DNA of 64,000 nt from an uncultured Bacteroidales bacterium (GTDB taxonomy: Bacteria > Bacteroidota > Bacteroidia > Bacteroidales > UBA11471). Shown here in pieces: positions 61,307 to 64,000 of the stretch (positions are counted from its first letter, which is position 1; each line of letters begins with the position of its first letter). Under the pieces are notes generated by a model, which saw nothing but the letters and a program-made list of their open reading frames with translations, was not told the DNA's origin and did no database searches. The stretch spans positions 22,500-86,499 of the forward strand of contig CALUZW010000005.1 of NCBI GenBank assembly GCA_944325415.1, given 5' to 3'. Position numbers and translations under genes: made by a program.

Positions 61307-64000
61307 TTACTCCAATGAATGAATATTCCCTTTGGGCCGAAACTGTGTTTTCTTCGGGAACAGGAACTCTTCGAGGCGCTGCATCAGACAATAAAAATAG
61401 GGTATAAACAGTGTACCCAATATCATGTTTACCGCCATACCGAAGACGACGGCCGTCCCCAATGCGATGCGGCTCTCGGCACCGGCGCCGGTAGCGAAAA
61501 CGAGGGGCATCACTCCCAGCACGAAGGCCATCGAGGTCATGAGTATAGGCCGCAGGCGCACCCGTCCGGCTTCGAGGGCCGCCTGCTCTATCGACTCGCC
61601 CTGCGCCCTGTAATCGCGGGCAAACTCCACAATGAGTATGGCATTCTTGGCCGACAATGCGATGAGCAGGACAACACCTATCTGCGTATATATACTCACC
61701 GAAAGGTTCATAAGGAAACAACCGGCAACCACCCCGAGAAGGGCAAACGGAAGCCCCAGCAAGACGGCCACGGGGCTGGTCCAACTCTCATACTGAGCCG
61801 AGAGTACCAGCCACACCACCAGCAGGGCCAACAGAAAAATAAGGCTTATCGACGCACCGGCCTGTGTCTCCTGATAAGTAGTACCCGTCCATTCATAGCC
61901 GAAATTGTTGCCCAACACCCGGTCGACAAGCTGTTCGACGGCAGCAATACCCTGTTGCGAACTGTACCCCTGTGCGGTAACCGCCGTAATGGCGGCGGCC
62001 GAGTACATATTGTAACGCGACACGGTCGACAGGCCCAACCGTTCTTCTATCGTCGTAAACGACGAAAAGGGCACCATGTCGCCCGACTTATTGCGCACAC
62101 TGAGTCGCAACACATCATCGATGCGGGCACGGCTGTCGGCATCAGCCCCGATTTTCACCTGATAAACACGCCCGAAGTCGACAAAGTCGTTGACATAGGC
62201 CGACCCGAGATAGAGCGACAGGGTCGTGAAAATATCGTCTATCTTCAACCCCTGCATCTTGGCCTTGTCGCGGTCGATGTTGAGAAAGTATTGGGGCGAA
62301 TTTCCCTGGAAGGCACTGTTCATCGAGGCCAACTGCGGAACTCCGGTCGTCGCCACCAGCAGGGCATCGACCGCATTTTCGAGTTCGGTCGTTCCCAGGT
62401 TATTCCGGTCTTGCAACTCCAACGCCAGACCGCCGCTCACACCCAGTCCGGGAATGGCGGGTGGATTCACGGCATAGACAACCGCCTCCTCGACCGACTG
62501 CACACGACGGTTAAAGTCTGCAATAATATCGAACACGCTTTTGCCCTTTCCCTTACGGAGATTCCAGTTCTCCAAGATAACGAAAAAAGTAGCCGTATTG
62601 GAGTTTTCTCCACCCGCAATCATAGAAAATCCGTTGATGGCAGTATAGGCAACAACCTCGGGATAAGCAGCCAAAAGCTCTCCTACCCGCACCGATACCG
62701 CCTCGGTACGTTGCAGGCTCGACGCCGGTGGCAACTGCACCGACACCACAAAATAGCCTTGGTCTTCTTCGGGAATAAACGACGTGGGCCACCGCCAGAA
62801 AAGCATCAACGCAACTGCCGAGAAGAGAAGAAACAGCAGGGCTGCCGACACCGGTCGCCGTATGAGCCAGGCAGCCACAGCCCCGTAGACCGACACCAGA
62901 CGATTATACATCTTGTCAAAGGCCCGGTAGACAAAATTCCGGCCGGGAGCCGAAGGCCGCAAAAAGAGCGCGCAGAGGGCGGGAGTCAGCGTCAGCGAAT
63001 TGAGTCCGCTGAAAAACGTGGCGGCCGCAATGGTAAGGGCAAACTGTTTGTATAGTTCGCCGGTAACGCCGGCCACAAAAGCCGTGGGAATAAACACCGC
63101 CATCAGCACCAGTACGACACCGATAACGGGGCCGGTAATCTCGCCCATGGCCCGGACAACCGCCTCGCGGGCCGAATACCGGCCGGTATCGAGCAGACGG
63201 GCCGTGTTCTCCACCACCACGATGGCGTCGTCGACCACAATAGCAATGGCCAACACAAGACCGAAGAGGGTGAGCATATTGATGGAAAAGCCAAACAGGT
63301 GCATGACGGCAAAGGTGGCTATCAGCGAAACCGGAATGGTGAGCGAAGGTATGATGACAGCCCTTCCGTTTTGCAGGAAGAGCAGAATAACCAGTATGAC
63401 CAGGAGGGTCGTTTCGAGAAAGGTTTTCAGCACCTCGTCGACCGATGCCGATACAAAATCGGTCGTGTCGAGAACAACCTCGTAACGCACACCCGACGGC
63501 AGATCTCCGGCCAGCCTCTCCATCTCGGCTCTGACAAGTTTTGATACGCTCAACGCATTGGAGCCCGGCGACTGATATATGGCCATCGATGCCGACTGCC
63601 GGCCGTTCTGGGTCGAGGCCACATTATAGGTCTGGCTGCCAAGGTCTATCCGGGCAATGTCGCGCAGGCGCAGATAATTTCCGCCCGGCAGCACCTTGAC
63701 GACCAGGTTGCCGAAATCTTCGGCCGTCGTGAGCAGTCCCCGCGCCGTGAGGGTAAACTGGAAGTCGACCGGCTCTTCAAGCGGCTGACTGCCGACCGTC
63801 CCGGCCGACACCTCGACATTCTGTGCCTGTATGGCCGCAAAGACATCAGAGGGTGTAACGCCACGTATGCGCATCAGTTCGGGGTTGAGCCATACACGCA
63901 TGCTGTAACTTCCGGCACCGAACACCTTCACACTGCCCACACCGGGCAGACGCGACAATGCATCGGTAAAGTGGAGCTGTGCATAGTTGGAGAGATAAAG
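61307..64000 (-). CDS. RND efflux pump inner-membrane permease (AcrB/HAE1 family), N-terminus outside window
   Basis: The frame stays open to the window edge (…[28 protein letters not shown]…). 12-TM/large-loop architecture with [11 protein letters not shown] and typical C-terminal TM bundle motifs. Confidence 0.9.
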   Translation of the reverse strand, partial: LYLSNYAQLHFTDALSRLPGVGSVKVFGAGSYSMRVWLNPELMRIRGVTPSDVFAAIQAQNVEVSAGTVGSQPLEEPVDFQFTLTARGLLTTAEDFGNLVVKVLPGGNYLRLRDIARIDLGSQTYNVASTQNGRQSASMAIYQSPGSNALSVSKLVRAEMERLAGDLPSGVRYEVVLDTTDFVSASVDEVLKTFLETTLLVILVILLFLQNGRAVIIPSLTIPVSLIATFAVMHLFGFSINMLTLFGLVLAIAIVVDDAIVVVENTARLLDTGRYSAREAVVRAMGEITGPVIGVVLVLMAVFIPTAFVAGVTGELYKQFALTIAAATFFSGLNSLTLTPALCALFLRPSAPGRNFVYRAFDKMYNRLVSVYGAVAAWLIRRPVSAALLFLLFSAVALMLFWRWPTSFIPEEDQGYFVVSVQLPPASSLQRTEAVSVRVGELLAAYPEVVAYTAINGFSMIAGGENSNTATFFVILENWNLRKGKGKSVFDIIADFNRRVQSVEEAVVYAVNPPAIPGLGVSGGLALELQDRNNLGTTELENAVDALLVATTGVPQLASMNSAFQGNSPQYFLNIDRDKAKMQGLKIDDIFTTLSLYLGSAYVNDFVDFGRVYQVKIGADADSRARIDDVLRLSVRNKSGDMVPFSSFTTIEERLGLSTVSRYNMYSAAAITAVTAQGYSSQQGIAAVEQLVDRVLGNNFGYEWTGTTYQETQAGASISLIFLLALLVVWLVLSAQYESWTSPVAVLLGLPFALLGVVAGCFLMNLSVSIYTQIGVVLLIALSAKNAILIVEFARDYRAQGESIEQAALEAGRVRLRPILMTSMAFVLGVMPLVFATGAGAESRIALGTAVVFGMAVNMILGTLFIPYFYCLMQRLEEFLFPKKTQFRPKGNIHSLE

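Overview
This 64-kb window is a chromosomal segment of a fairly GC-rich Bacteroidales-type genome. The taxonomic call rests on TAnnTTTG -7 promoter boxes at sensible distances from gene starts, many lipobox and T9SS C-terminal-domain proteins, a 286-aa primary sigma factor and a Bacteroidetes-style RNase P RNA. I support about 50 protein genes, one tRNA-Ser(UGA), rnpB, many hairpin terminators and several promoter boxes. I found no rRNA, CRISPR array, transposase, integrase or phage genes. Layout: (i) 0-16 kb holds dispersed pectin/uronate-degrading enzymes (PL10 lyase, GH105, two GH28, an esterase) mixed with housekeeping genes (map, CNNM/CorC, SDR, GAF-type MsrC, alanine/glycine symporter). 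(ii) 16.4-28.9 kb is an accessory cell-surface region. It contains a 934-aa BspA-type LRR protein with a T9SS sorting domain, a Crp/Fnr regulator, and a divergently transcribed four-gene cluster of paralogous fimbrillin-like lipoproteins. One of these carries a metzincin motif and two carry a FISUMP/lectin-like C-terminal domain. An A/T-rich GNAT gene abuts tRNA-Ser. (iii) 29-64 kb is core: split chrA pair, folC, DUF2089 + membrane protein + PCMD/T9SS protein, ridA, xylB-xylA-xylE, yccF, yihY, rnpB, htrA, rpoD, a second LRR/T9SS protein, leuA-leuC-leuD-cimA-leuB preceded by a candidate leader-peptide attenuator, ompA, LytM-dxr-rseP, rlmI, dpp3 and a partial RND pump. The most interesting candidate for an undescribed system is the Crp/Fnr-adjacent fimbrillin-like lipoprotein cluster at 20.2-28.1 kb. 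All functional calls come from reading the translated ORFs and DNA motifs; no database search was run.
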